DNA of 64,000 nucleotides from Octopus vulgaris (taxonomy: Eukaryota). The position numbers and the translations under genes are program-made. The stretch covers positions 4,650,001 through 4,714,000 of the forward strand of contig OX597834.1 of NCBI GenBank assembly GCA_951406725.2. Reading direction: 5' to 3'. The notes under the pieces were generated by a model, which ran no database searches, was not told the DNA's origin, and was given only the letters and a program-made list of their open reading frames with translations. Each line of letters opens with the position of its first letter. Position 1 is the first letter of the stretch. Shown here piece after piece: positions 1 to 12,906 of the stretch.

Positions 1-75
<75 letters not shown>

Positions 76-76
76 A
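1..76. repeat. (ATCT)n microsatellite
   Basis: Perfect tetranucleotide run. Confidence 0.97.
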
Positions 77-1182
77 ATCTAGCGATCGATCAAACTATAT
101 ATATCTGTCTACCTGCCTGTCTGCCTGACTGTGTGTGTATGTGTGTGTGTGTGATAAAGTTTCATGAAAGAATGAAATGTAAAGAAAATTTAGTTTCGCG
201 TGCACATCGCACACTTTTGTACTTGTTTTAGTCTTTATACTTCTCTTCAATCGATCATCTCTGGTTCACCGTAAGGCAATAATCTCGGATCCAGGTTACA
301 TTTGTTCAAGCATAATTCTGTGTGTTGCATATAAATCCCATTAGGAAATGTAAATATTCGTCGAAATACAGCACAGCGTTACATGCACATTTACAACCAC
401 CTGTCTACATACGTATATTTACTTACACACAGGCTCACACACAAGCTCACACACACAAGCTCATACACACACACACACACACACAACACACACAATTTCT
501 AAATACTGTGAATCAAACTGAGAGAAAGCAGTGTGTCATTAAAGCCGAGCTCTTTTCACGCAAAGTAAACGAAACTCATTATTTTCTTTAAAAATAAACG
601 TTAATTTTTGTGTAAAGAGACAATTTCATATTTCTCTTCAGCTAAAAAAAAAATGAGATTCATTTTAGAAATATGCATTATGGTGAAATTAATTTTAAAT
701 TAGATAAAAATTTATTTTATACGAAATTAGCCTTGTGTGCTAAATACATGATGTAAATTTATATCAGTGACAATGAATATATTAAAACTATTTCATGAGT
801 TAATTTAATTGTGTATGCATTACAAATAACCTGGCTGCTGGGACATAATTCAACTTAGACTTTTGTTTGTTCATTTGTATCATAATTATATATAGATAAG
901 ATTTAGCCGCGATTTCTGTTAGTTTTATCATTTTGAATTGAAGTAATACGTGTCTTCAGATTAATTTCATAATACATGGCAAAAGACATATTGAGTGAAT
1001 TATTGAATCGATAAAAAGAATTGCGCTTTGGTTGAAATCTTTTATGGTTTCTAGCATCAAGATTGAAAGTGTCCGGTTTAATTAAATAATTTCATATATA
1101 AACAAAAATTGAATCTCTTAATACCAGAGCAAAAAAAAAAAAAAAGTGGTTGAAATAAGTTAATATATTACAAGTGATTAAT

Positions 1183-2149
1183 GCGGCCAGCTGGCAGAAT
1201 CGTTAGCACACTGGGGGGGAAATGCGTAGCCGTATTTCGCCTGCCGTTACGTTCTGAGTTCAAATTCCGCCGAGGTCGACTTTGCCTTTCATCTTTTCGG
1301 GATCGATAAATTAAGTACCAGATACGCACTGGGGTCGATGTAATCGACTTAATCTGTGTGTCTGTCCTTGTTTGTCCCCTCTGTGTTTAGCCCCTTGTGG
1401 GTAGTAAAGAAATAGGTATTTCATCTGCCGTTACGTTCTGAGTTCAAATTCCGCCGAGATCGACTTTGCCTTTCATATTTTCGGGATCGATAAATTAAGT
1501 ACCAGATACGCACTGGGGTCGATGTAATCGACTTAATCTGTTTGTCTGTCCTTGTTTGTTCCCTCTGTGTTTAGCCCCTTGTGGGTAGTAAAGAAATAGG
1601 TATTTCATCTGCCGTTACGTTCTGAGTTCAAATTCCGCCGAGGTCGACCTTGCCTTTCATCTTCTCGGGATCGATTAAATTAAGTACCAGTTACGCACTG
1701 GGGTCGATGTAATCGACTTAAACCTGTTTGTCTGTTTTTGTTTGTCCCCTTCTGTGTTTAGCTCCTTGTGGGTAGTAAAGAAATAGGTATTTCATCTGCC
1801 GTTACGTTCTGAGTTCAAATTCCGCCGAGGTCGACTTTGCCTTTCATCTTTTCGGGATCGATAAATTAAGTACCAGATACGCACTGGGGTCGATGTAATC
1901 CACTTAATCTGTTTGTCTGTCCTTGTTTGTCCCCTCTGTGTTTAGCCCCTTGTGGGTAGTAAAGAAATAGGCATTTCATCTGCCGTTACGTTCTGAGCTC
2001 AAATTCCGCCGAGGTCGACCTTGCCTTTCATCTTCTCGGGGTCGATTAAATAAGTACCAGTTACGCACTGGGGTCGATGTAATCGACTTAAACCGTTTGT
2101 CTGTTCTTGTTTGTGCCTTCTGTGTTTAGCCCCTTGTGGGTAGTAAAGA
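1183..2149 (+). mobile_element. tRNA-derived SINE (family B) with its 3' ~184 bp amplified into 5 tandem units
   Basis: Head with A-box-like TGGCAGAATCG and B-box-like GAGTTCAAATTCC; GTTCTGAG recurs at 1251, 1435, 1619, 1806, 1990; flanked by direct repeat AATATATTACAAGTGATTAAT at 1162-1182 and 2150-2170. Confidence 0.88.
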
Positions 2150-2969
2150 AATATATTACAAGTGATTAATGCCGGCAGGATCGTCAGCACGCCGGCCAAA
2201 TTCGTCTACCTTTTGATTTTTCAAAGACTACCATTAAATACAATGTAAAAGTTCCAGGACTATAAATTTAGACAGTATCTTAGGATTAGTATACTAACAA
2301 TTATAACTATAAAGATTAGGTAATTCTTAGTAGATATCATATTAATATTAAAATATGAAATAAATGGTAAATATGGACATAAGGTTTTATTTACAGGTAA
2401 ATGTATCATATACAGGTTAAAAGGATTTTGATTTAAGCACGTATCTTAGGAATCTGTGATTAAGATATTTAAAAAAATAATTGGCAATCTTAAGTTAAAG
2501 ATACAACGTATTAATTCAATAAGGATTATAATTTTTTATTAATTTCATCAATTTTGGTTTGTTAACGTTAGTGCTTTCTTCAATTAAGCTCGCGTATATC
2601 TATCTGTTCACACTATTATGTAAGCAAATATATTGTGCACAAATATTGAAACACGCACATAGATACGTAATGAAAATATCACATATACGTAACTATGGTT
2701 TTTAAAATATATATTATAATAATAATAACGTATTATTTAACTATAATTTATAGAGTGCAACTGGGTGACTTACAATAAATTTCTTAAGTGATTAAATACT
2801 TTAATGACATTTCAATCTATCATAAGTAATAATGTATATTAGGAATAATGGTTTAAAGTAATCGTATTGAAATATCGTTTAAGCTAACTAATGGGTATTT
2901 TGTTTTTGTTTTCTCAGCACATTATACACGCACGCGCACAAATGCATTAAACAAGTTTACATTTACATA

Positions 2970-3181
2970 TACTCTTTACTCTTTTACTTGTTTCAGTCAT
3001 TTGACTGCGGCCATGCTGGAGCACCGCCTTTAATCGAGCAACTCGACCCCGGGACTTATTCTTTTGTAAGCCCAGTACTTATTCTATCGGTCTCTTTTTG
3101 CCGAACCGCTAAGTGACGGGGACATAAACACACCAGCATCGGTTGTCAAGAAATGCTAGGGGTACAAACACAGACACACAA

Positions 3182-3244
<63 letters not shown>

Positions 3245-3415
3245 CATATATACGACGGGCTTCTTTCAGTTTCCGTCTACCAAATCCACTCACAAGGCTT
3301 TGGTCGGCCCGAGGCTATAGTAGAAGACTCTTGCCCAAGGTGCCACGTAGTGGGACTGAACCCGGAACCATGTGGCTAGTAAACAAGCTACTTACCACAC
3401 AGCCACTCCTGCGCC
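2970..3415 (-). mobile_element. tRNA-derived SINE family A, full length
   Basis: Head GGCGCAGGAGTGGCTGTGTGG...GGGTTCAGTCCC, CORE-like CCTTGGGCAAG segment, internal TA/TG microsatellite, GTAAAAGA-repeat tail; near-identical to many copies in this window. Confidence 0.92.
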
Positions 3416-3815
3416 TATATATGTAAGAAAGGTTTTTAAAATACATTGGTTGCTGAAACGCACTTGTCTGAGCCTATCAAGGGTCACACAACGCATCGGA
3501 ATGTAGCTCCTTTGATGAAATACCCAATTAACGATAGTTGATATGGAAATTTGATTTAACTTAATTTAATTTCTCAAATTGATTTAATTGGGCATGGAAA
3601 CGATTATAGGTAAACTTGAGTTTGATACAGTTCAGAATCGTATTATATTCTAATGAATTGGTGTCTATATTTCAGTTTATCCGTTTTCTTTGTGTAATGC
3701 AGAAAAAATGATAAAAAAGTAGTGTACCCATCATATTCATCAATGCGAAGCTAACATCTTTGCTTTTTCACTGATACACTGGATAAAACCGGGAAGCTTA
3801 GACATACCTTTAAGA

Positions 3816-3874
<59 letters not shown>

Positions 3875-4102
3875 CAAATTAAATTAGAGATAAAACCACT
3901 ATTAGGCAACTCAAACAGTGATAGACATAAACCAAAACATAAAAACAAAAATATCAATATAATATATATATAAAATATAAAATATAAAGTTTAAATTATT
4001 AAAATTTAAAATTTTAAAATATAAAATTTAAAAATTTTTATATATATATATTATTTTAATTTTAAAATTTTAAAATTTATATATATATTTATATATATAT
4101 AT

Positions 4103-4275
4103 TGGGGGAGAGTTCACGAAAAAGAAACAAAAGACGAAGACAGGTGGTGTACAAAACAAACAGATATATTAGTATAACGCTCAGGAATTGAAAAAGTATC
4201 TTACATTTCGAGCCTACGCTCTTCTACAGAAAGGGACCCAGAAAAAACAAGGAGAGAAACAATGTGTGTAATGGC

Positions 4276-4278
<3 letters not shown>
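4103..4278 (-). mobile_element. TA-embedded short element with degenerate hammerhead-like motif (paralog of 33505-33696)
   Basis: High similarity to 33505-33696; minus strand CTTT-CTGTAGA-A-GAGC-GTAG-GCTC-GAAAT-GTA at about 4202-4233. Confidence 0.7.
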
Positions 4279-4356
<78 letters not shown>

Positions 4357-4380
4357 CGAAAGACAGAGCGTGCCAGACTA

Positions 4381-4568
4381 TTTTCCATCTTGCTGGCACG
4401 TTACGTAATAGCACCTATTTCCCGGTGTGGGATAAAGGTTTTAGTAAGTTATGATTCAAGTTGAAGTTTAGATATGAAATTTTAAAATTTAGCATCGAAA
4501 CCTTATTTTGGGTATGTCCCACACTGGGAAATAGATGCTATTACGTAGCGTGCTATGAAGATGGAAAA
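4381..4568. repeat. Imperfect inverted repeat, ~52-bp arms, ~85-bp spacer
   Basis: TTTTCCATCTT..GCACGTTACGTAATAGCACCTATTTCCCGGTGTGGGA versus TCCCACACTGGGAAATAGATGCTATTACGTAGCGTGC..AAGATGGAAAA. Confidence 0.85.
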
Positions 4569-4787
4569 GATTCGAGTACACCTTGTCTTCCATACCAATC
4601 ATTTAGAATATATTCAATGTGGAACGAGGAATTTCTAACGTAGACCGAACGACCAAACATCATTTACTGCGGATATGAAACCTGGTAGTCGTAAGATGAA
4701 ATCGAAGATTCTCTGCCGGCACTCTACTAGGGATCTACTCAAAATAAGGTTTGGATGTTAAATTTTAGAATTCTTATCAGAGCTTTG

Positions 4788-4825
<38 letters not shown>

Positions 4826-4828
<3 letters not shown>

Positions 4829-5050
4829 TCTTTTACTCTTTTACTTATTTCAGTCATTTGACTGCGGCCATGCTGGAGCACCGCCTTTTTAATCGAGCAA
4901 CTCGACCCCGGGACTTATTCTTTTGTAAGCCCAGTACTTATTCTATCGGTCTCTTTTGCCGAACCGCTAAGTAACGGGGACATAAACACACCAGCATCGG
5001 TTGTCAAGCAATGCTAGGGGAACAAACACAGACACACAAACGCACACACA

Positions 5051-5088
<38 letters not shown>

Positions 5089-5250
5089 TACGACGGGCTT
5101 CTTTCAGTTTCCGTCGATCAAATCCACTCACAAGGCTTTGGTCGGCCCGAGGCTATAGTAGAAGACACTTGCCCAAGGTGCCACGCAGTGGTATGAACCC
5201 TGAACTATGTGGTTGGTAAACAAGCTACTTACCACACAGCCACTCCTGTG

Positions 5251-5252
<2 letters not shown>
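4826..5252 (-). mobile_element. SINE family A, full length
   Basis: Same structure as 2970-3415. Confidence 0.92.
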
Positions 5253-5335
<83 letters not shown>

Positions 5336-5919
5336 GAGGCGTTGTATATTCAAGCATACTTGTAGCACCAACTACTTGTAAAGACTGCTGTTCAAATGTA
5401 CGACTCAATCACCTCATATATTTGATAATATGTAAAATAGTATTTCCCCGAAAAGTCAATTTACAATGTTAACTGTAATAGAGAGTTTTAATCTTATCTT
5501 CACTAGGTTTGCCTGTAAACATCCATCATCGTCTGATTATTTTATTTCACACACAATTGCATTTTAAATCATATGCGATCGATTGAATATATTCATTGTC
5601 TTTGATTTAACGTTTAGATTACGTATTTTGCTTATATAGGTAATTTCATATGAATTTAATATTTATTATAATGCATATTTTGTGGCTTTCTTGTTTCAAA
5701 AAAGGTGATTATTTTTCAACCGAATATTATCGTAATTAATTTAACGAACTTGTATAAAAACTAAATGTTGACATGTTATAAAATAGTTTTTATACGCAAA
5801 AATAGTTCGTCATTAATCTTAATGCCACTTTCTTACAGGTTACTCAATTTTCCTTTGTAACGAAAACAGTTTGTTTTCAACATGAGATACATATTCAAAC
5901 GACCATAGATTATTTATAA

Positions 5920-5954
<35 letters not shown>

Positions 5955-6342
5955 CTGAAGTTGTCTGTGTATAGCAGGTTTGGCAGCCTTCAACTAACAG
6001 TATCTCCTCCGAGTCCTTGCAGCACAAGTTGACCAAAATTGACAGTAGGACAGAAGAAGGCTTGCTCTTCCTTCCGTAGAAGAAAACATTTAAATCGGAC
6101 CATGTTAAGACTAAAAATTATTTACATCAAAAAGGTACTTTTTTTTCTATGAAAGTCCATATTTTTTACAATTTTTTGACTGCTGTGTCGTCATTTTTCG
6201 GTGTATTTTTCGGTGTATTTCAACCAGAAAAATGTTCACTTAAAGAGAATAACAAGCTACATAATGCAAAATTTTTACTTTTCAAAAATTCCAATTCTAA
6301 AGAGTCGAAACAAATCCGAGCAACGCCGGCCGATACTTCTAG
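5920..6342 (+). mobile_element. Non-autonomous Helitron
   Basis: 5' TC start after A, subterminal hairpin-like CCGAGCAACGCCGG, 3' CTAG followed by T; termini resemble 49661-50058. Confidence 0.75.
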
Positions 6343-8394
6343 TATTTATTAAGATCAAATTTAAAGTATTAAATGCCCAAATACACTCCGATTGTTTCAC
6401 CTGACAGTTATCATGGTCTCATTGTTTATCCTCTCAGCATCCATACATAGGTACTTCTATTACTCTTTATCAATAACGTTACTATGCACATTCCAAATAT
6501 TTGACTCACCCTGGAGTCTTCCAGCTACTATATTATACATATTATACCTTCATGTAAACGGTTTGAAAAACCTGATGTTGCAGCACTTTGAAAATATACA
6601 AACCTAATGACTAACACCGACCATTATTCATTACATTTTGTTTCTAACTGAAAAGAAAGAATTGTGTGTGTGTGTGTGTGTATGCGCGCGTATGAGTCTT
6701 TAGTGTTCGCGAGTGTGTACGCAAATGTATATAGTTATACATAAGTGTAGGGGATATCAGTATCAGATTTAAGGTAGGACATAATCCATGGTAAATAGAG
6801 GCCAGTGAGCGCTTGACGACATGTTAGATATTTCAGCCTTTACTTGACCAAGGTGGGCAGATCTGTCAAAGAACAATTGGAGAAAAACACATGAAAAACA
6901 GTGACAACACCTGTTCACTGTCAAGGACATCCTGGAAATGTCATAACCTCGGCGCATGTCTGCGCATCGTTTAATGACGGCATATCCTGACTTATTAGAT
7001 ACTCAGAGCAGTCAGACCTTCTGGCCAGTGGAATATGCTTCTTCTACAAATAGTAAAAGAGCCGGCAAACTGTCCAACCCGATCAGCTGTGAACTGGGAT
7101 GAAGCATAACCACCAGGTGATACTAGGTGACAGAGCGTTCGACACACCTGCTTGATCCTCCAGGGACTGCCTCAGCATAGGAAACAAGTTACATGCTGCA
7201 ACGTTTATCTAAGTATATGACTACTGTATCCATATTTAAACTGACAGCAATTCCTTGTCTCAAGCATAATATTTTGTCTTCATTGAATATGAACTCGCAT
7301 CTTTAAGAGCCGGAACATATTCATCAAAGCATTTGTCTAGCACTCTAATCATACTACAAATACACTACCTTCAGTTTATTAATAATAATATATTAGTTTA
7401 TTTTTCATTTTCCAAATAATATACACCATAACACTGTTTACACTAGCATCAAACAAGTACAACTACAATAACAAAATATTCTATTCTAGCATAAAAATAA
7501 GATTCCCCAAAATAATACACATTCTTCTGAATACAATCGACGCATAGTTAATGAGATATCCATAGCTTCATGTCTGCATGTAGGATAACGCTCTTTTAAA
7601 ACTGACGTGACCACCATATTTATAAATGCTTTAGCATTTATCGTTTTATTTACTTTGAGACTAATGTCTCACCCCGTTCCACGATGAAATAGTATGTCTT
7701 TGTTGTCGAAAATGACGTCTCCTTTAATTCAGATGCTTTATATTTAATTTCAGTTTTCTATTGCTTTGATGAGAAGCATTTAAAGTTACAGAATTAGGAT
7801 TGTTTCCAATATTTTTAGTCTATTTAATCAGCTCTTCATTTCCATGAGTAACATACGCAATCCAATTTATGGTTAAACAATGGAAATTATTTGCTTTTAC
7901 ATTAGTACTTACAATCAGATTTCAAACCACACAGGTTTTCTTTATAATTGTTCTCTCCTCTATCAAAAAAGTACACTGGCATATGGGATCATGTACTTTG
8001 ATCTCTTCAGTCTACAACATAATTCCTCCAAATTTGTGATTTTGTCCAAAAGTTAAGTAGTAACTAAATTCACGTAAACATATTTCTCTTACAAACAATG
8101 ATGTCCAAACATCAGTTTAAGCTTACCAGAGGATTGTATTTTAAATTACATTTAAATGACAAACATTTCTATCAATTTTACACAGAAAATCAAGCAATTA
8201 TTTAAACATTATTCTCGGGAAGAAACGCAGTTCATTCTGTTAACAGAAATAACAACCTTTAGCATCCGTTCCTAATTTTTCTCTGAATGCGATTTAATCT
8301 AAACCTTTACGTTATTAACGTGCATATATTCAAAATTTTAGAAAATTGTTTCTGTCTTTGGTCTTCCTCAGATTGGTTATAATACTTTCTACTA

Positions 8395-8596
8395 AAGGGA
8401 CAACGCCTGAAATCTTTGGAGAGGGGCCTAGTCAATTAAATCGACCTCAGTGCTCAACACGTATTTATATTATCATCGCCGAAAGGATGAAAGGCAAAAT
8501 CGACCTGACGGGATGTTGAACTCAGAACGTAAAGACGGACGAAATGCTGCTCTGTATTTTCTCCGGCGTGCAAACAATTCTGTTAGCTCACCGCCA
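8395..8596 (-). mobile_element. Degenerate SINE family B
   Basis: CCGAAAGGATGAAAGGCAAAATCGACC...GAACTCAGAACGTAA is the reverse complement of the family B body. Confidence 0.75.
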
Positions 8597-8713
8597 TTTT
8601 AATACTAATAATGCAGTACGATGAAGCATTGCTCACAAACGCACGTGGCTCTGACTTTTTGCTCATCGTTCTATTTGTCGAAACACTTGTATTCTTATTT
8701 CACTCTGTGTATG

Positions 8714-8766
<53 letters not shown>

Positions 8767-8884
8767 GTATGTGTGTGTGTGTGTATGTGTGTGTGTGTGT
8801 AAGAAATTAAAGATGGAAAATCTACACACTATATAGTTTTAATATAATTTTAAATATAATTTTTAATATATTCTATATTGTGTT

Positions 8885-8917
8885 TGTCGACCAGTTTCGC
8901 TTTCGCTAATCATGACA
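8885..8917 (-). ncRNA. Minimal type I hammerhead-like motif with A3-U8 core variant
   Basis: Minus strand TGTC-ATGATTA-GC-GAAA-GC-GAAAC-TG-GTC-GACA: helix I TGTC/GACA, 2-bp helix II with GAAA loop, GUC triplet. Confidence 0.55.
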
Positions 8918-9652
8918 TTAAAATCTATTTAAACATGGATTTTCTTAAGAAAAATACTTTTGTCCATGTATGTAGAGTTTATGAATGAATGATTCAACAA
9001 GTAGAAAAATCTAAAGGGAGGTAATTTTAGAAGTCATATCAACTTTAATGGTCATCACTAATGACATATGTTGATGTGTTAAGAGTATGGCACGTATAAA
9101 CCAATATTTCTAGGTGAGAAGAATAAATTCACCGATGTGAAAGTTGCACATCATAGAAATGTCACGGCAGTTCACTTTGAAAATATTTTTGTTCAGTGAC
9201 TGGGAGTGTATATGTATCAAATGATTGAGTAAAAATCACCATATCCCAAGAAATGATATTAAAAGTTTATCAAAGCCTGTTACCGAATCATGGATACCAT
9301 AACTGGCTTTGTGAACGCACCATTTAACTCTCTAAAATTATAGGTTCCAAGATATTAAAACCACCTAAATTTATATCAGCCAAATCCTGATTATACAAGT
9401 CAGTTCACACCTTATTTGAGGTTACCGTAGTCAATGTAATCGACTTGACCCTTTCCTGAAAATTGCTGGGCTTGTGCCCAGATTTAAAGCCATTATTCTA
9501 TTAGTGTCTAATTTATTAGCGACAACTTTACTAGCAACTAGAATGCAGTGTTAATGCAGTTTCGAAGTTGGCGAATTCGTGCTCAGTATTGCAATGTATG
9601 AACACGTGATTATACACAAAAAAATATATCTGATCTGCATGTTATCAAGCAT

Positions 9653-10070
9653 TTGTCTTATGAAGAAAGGCTGAAGACGCTCGACCTTTATTCTCTAGAA
9701 AAACGACGACGCCGTGCTGATCTCATTCTCGCTCACAACATCATAAGCGGAAAGTGTAACCTCTCGAAAGAGCTGTTCTTCACTCCTGCTCCAGAGCGTC
9801 GGATGCGGGGTCACTCCGAAAAGCTCTATCTGCGACGATTTCATCTCAATCGAAGGAGAGGGGCTTTCTCCATCCGGGTTGCGGATCCGTAGAATAAGCT
9901 GCCGGACGAGATAGTGAAGATGCCGACGACTACTCGGTTCAAAGTCTCTCTTGATCAGAAATGGCCTGAACTCTTTACATGAACACCCTCCCTGTACATA
10001 ACTCCATGTCCCCCTACATGGCCTTGCTTTATGCTTATTGAGCCAAAAAATTAACTTAACTTAACTTAAT
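9653..10070 (+). mobile_element. 5'-truncated CR1-like LINE 3' end (ORF2 C-terminus, 3'UTR, TTAAC tail)
   Basis: SYEERLKTLDLYSLEKRRRRADLI...RGHSEKL...FSIRVADP matches the CR1/L2-type ORF2 C-terminus; premature stop at the W codon. Confidence 0.85.
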
Positions 10071-10437
10071 TGTTAATTAAATGGTCTTTATTATTAACTA
10101 TTCATAAAGACTATTACTGAAATATGCTGGATAACTTACAATTATAAAAGGTAACTTGGATTACTATTATACAGATTTACCAAAAAAAAGTTTTACCCAC
10201 TTTGAAGAAGGATCAAATATATTCGTAAAAGAGGATTATTAAATATTCCTAAAACGTACAGAAAGGAGCAGCAACCGAATGATTCTAAGCCAATTCCAAT
10301 CGTCCTTTGTCATGCATGTTTAAGTGCTCTGAATTAAGTCTGCTAATATATTAATGTATTCTGTGTCTGTCTGTCTGTCTCTCTCCTGCCTCTTGCTCTC
10401 TCTCCACCATTTTGCCCTCTCACCATCCTCTCTCTCC

Positions 10438-10491
<54 letters not shown>

Positions 10492-10492
<1 letters not shown>

Positions 10493-10705
10493 AGTTAATC
10501 CAAACGTGAAAACACAAAGAGAAAACGCAACAACGCGAGGACGTGGAACAAGTATATTATTATTGGACGCTCAGGAAGGAAGGAAAGAAGGAGGGTTTAA
10601 CGTTTCGAGCGGAGCTCTTCGTCAGAAACGTAGGAAAAAGAAAGATCCAGAGAAGGGAAGACGGAGGAAAAAAATCGCCAACGGTACACACGTGGTCACA
10701 TTTTG
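10492..10705 (-). mobile_element. TA-embedded ~210-bp hammerhead-bearing element (paralog of 17494-17693)
   Basis: Bounded by (TA)n on both sides; high similarity to 17494-17693. Confidence 0.8.
10595..10629 (-). ncRNA. Minimal type I hammerhead ribozyme motif
   Basis: Minus strand GTTT-CTGACGA-A-GAGC-TCC-GCTC-GAAAC-GTT-AAAC: intact core, helix I GTTT/AAAC, helix II GAGC/GCTC, palindromic AACGTT helix III. Confidence 0.8.
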
Positions 10706-10721
10706 AATGTATACATATATT

Positions 10722-10753
<32 letters not shown>

Positions 10754-11119
10754 GGTATGTGTGTGTGTGCGTGTATGTGTGTGCGTGTATGTGTGTGCGT
10801 GCATGTGTTTGTTTGTGTATGTATATACATAGATACAGATATATGTCACGTGAATATATACAAATTTAAATATGAGTCGACATGGCGTGAAACTGAATGT
10901 TACTCATAGGCATTGTAAACAAATTGTATTTATCGAAAGTCATTTGGACACAAACGACCCGTTTCATGTCTTTGCGGCTGTTCACAAGATCGGTTGATTG
11001 AAGTCTTTCGTTAAATAAAAGAATTCGATTTACATAGATAACACATTTTCTGCTATTTTGTTCAAGTAATAAATTAATTACACATCACTAATTTATGTAC
11101 ATATACGGTCATAAGTATA

Positions 11120-11456
11120 CGTGTGTATGTGTGTGTATGTGTGTGTTTGGGTATGTTTCTATCTAATATGTGTTTTTGTATGCATATATATATATATGTG
11201 TGCTTGTGTGTGTGTGTGTGTGTGTGTTTGCGTATGTTCGTACCTAATACATGTTTTTGTATGCATATATATATATGTTTGTGTGTGTGTGTGTGTGTGT
11301 GTGTTCGTATCTAATATATGTTTTTGTGTGCATATATATATATATATATGTTTGTGTGTGTGTGTGTGTGTGTTTGCGTATGTTCGTATCTAATATGTGT
11401 TTTTGTATGCATATATATATATATATATATATATGTTTTTTTTTGTGTGTGTGTGT
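11120..11456. repeat. Minisatellite, about 4 units of 70-85 bp built on TA/TG runs
   Basis: GTTCGTATCTAATATGTGTTTTTGTATGC-like core recurs four times. Confidence 0.85.
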
Positions 11457-11924
11457 AAAGGGACAATACACACTTTAAAACGCAAAATGAAAATTAAACA
11501 AAAGGCAGGAGTATTAAATACTCATAAAGCCATGAAAGGAAATAGCGACGGAAGAGTATAATGACCGCAACAACTAACAGAAAACTTTCCAAACAAAGCA
11601 TAATACGAAAGCCACATGGAGCAATATGGCGTTAGAATGAAATACTCGAAGACTTGGTACGAAGGGCGTTAAAAACACTGCAACAGTCGACTATAAAAGC
11701 ATTAAAAAAATAATTATACGTGAAGCAATATTTATAAACGTTCAATAATATAAGATTTGAGCGTGTTGGTTTAAAAAATTGTTGCTACTCTCTCTTAAAG
11801 TAAATTTAATGGCTTAATCAATGAATTAATCAAAGTGGAAGCAGTGTTTATCGATTTCAGCTATTTCTATTCCGTTGTTTTCCTTTGTGTCTTGCAAAGA
11901 TAAGACACTTTGTCCTGTTGCTCC

Positions 11925-12212
11925 ACTTTTTCCTTCCTCCCCCTGCTCCTCCCCCATCATGTACATCATCGCCATCATCGCCATCATCGCCATTATCATT
12001 TCCATCGTTGTCATCGCTCCCGACACCATCATCGTCGTCATCCACCGTTGTCGTCGTCGTCGTCGTCGTCACCATCCTCCTACTCCTCCTTCACCTCCCC
12101 TCCCTCCTCCTCCTCCTCCTCCTCCACCACCACCTCCTCCACCACCTCCTACACCACCTCCTCCACCTCCTCCTCCTCGTCATAATCACCTTCATCACCA
12201 TCACTATCGCTA
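11925..12212. repeat. Compound trinucleotide low-complexity tract (CAT/CGT/CCT/CCA)
   Basis: Direct reading; explains the poly-P/S/H ORFs. Confidence 0.9.
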
Positions 12213-12424
12213 GCATCCCGTTTATTGTCGTAATCATCATTATAATGTCAACTCCACTGCAACCACTTTCACAAGCTACTATTAATATCAGAATTAGTAG
12301 CAGCAGCAGTAGTCACAACACACCACTAACGCCATCTACATTATATTGCATAACGCAGAGAATTTTTATAGTGCAAGGAATAGGTCTGTTTACAAGAAAT
12401 TTTGAAATATTTAATCATTAAAAT

Positions 12425-12685
12425 AATTTCATTTTTGGATTTAGTTTCCAAGATTCTTTATATGAGTTCGTGTGTTGAAGCATATTCTGTTGTGTCTGGG
12501 GAGAGTCATTTTCTTTTTGTGCCTTATAATGTAACACACTTACCGGTAATTCAAAACTATTGAAAAGGTTGCAAGATACAACGAAAATTTTAGGACAATA
12601 AAAATAAGAAAAAATTGGACATTTTACCGGTGAGTGTGTTAAATAATAGGTCACAAAAAGAAAATAACTCTCCCCAGACACAACA
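12425..12685. mobile_element. Hairpin (MITE-like) element with ~62-bp inverted repeats; paralog at 23700-23895
   Basis: 12488-12549 is the imperfect reverse complement of 12623-12685; homologous sequence at 23700-23895. Confidence 0.75.
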
Positions 12686-12906
12686 TTAAAATAATGATCT
12701 CTCAGAAATTCAAAGCCATAAAATATGCAGCAATTTGATTTCATATTTGTTATAGGGTCACAGATTTGGCATAGGAAACCCATTATTTCTGTAGTTGTCC
12801 TTTTCTGTACTCCTTGCTGTAATTTGGACGTAGATGACCGTCTGTCAACACTACTAGACATTTTGTATCACTTTACTGCCCTAGATTAGCCAACATATAT
12901 CATATT

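Noticed and set aside
1183-2149. Tandem array as CRISPR or hammerhead retrozyme
   Set aside because: No unique spacers, eukaryotic context, and no CUGANGA core with proper helices on either strand; it is SINE-derived
3143-3379. Recurrent CPRCHAVG ORFs suggesting a zinc-finger family
   Set aside because: Antisense translation of SINE A
6720-7330. Higher-complexity segment, possible element remnant or exon
   Set aside because: No recognisable motif, long ORF or termini
11826-12421. Proline/serine/histidine-rich ORFs
   Set aside because: Open in several frames on both strands because of trinucleotide repeats
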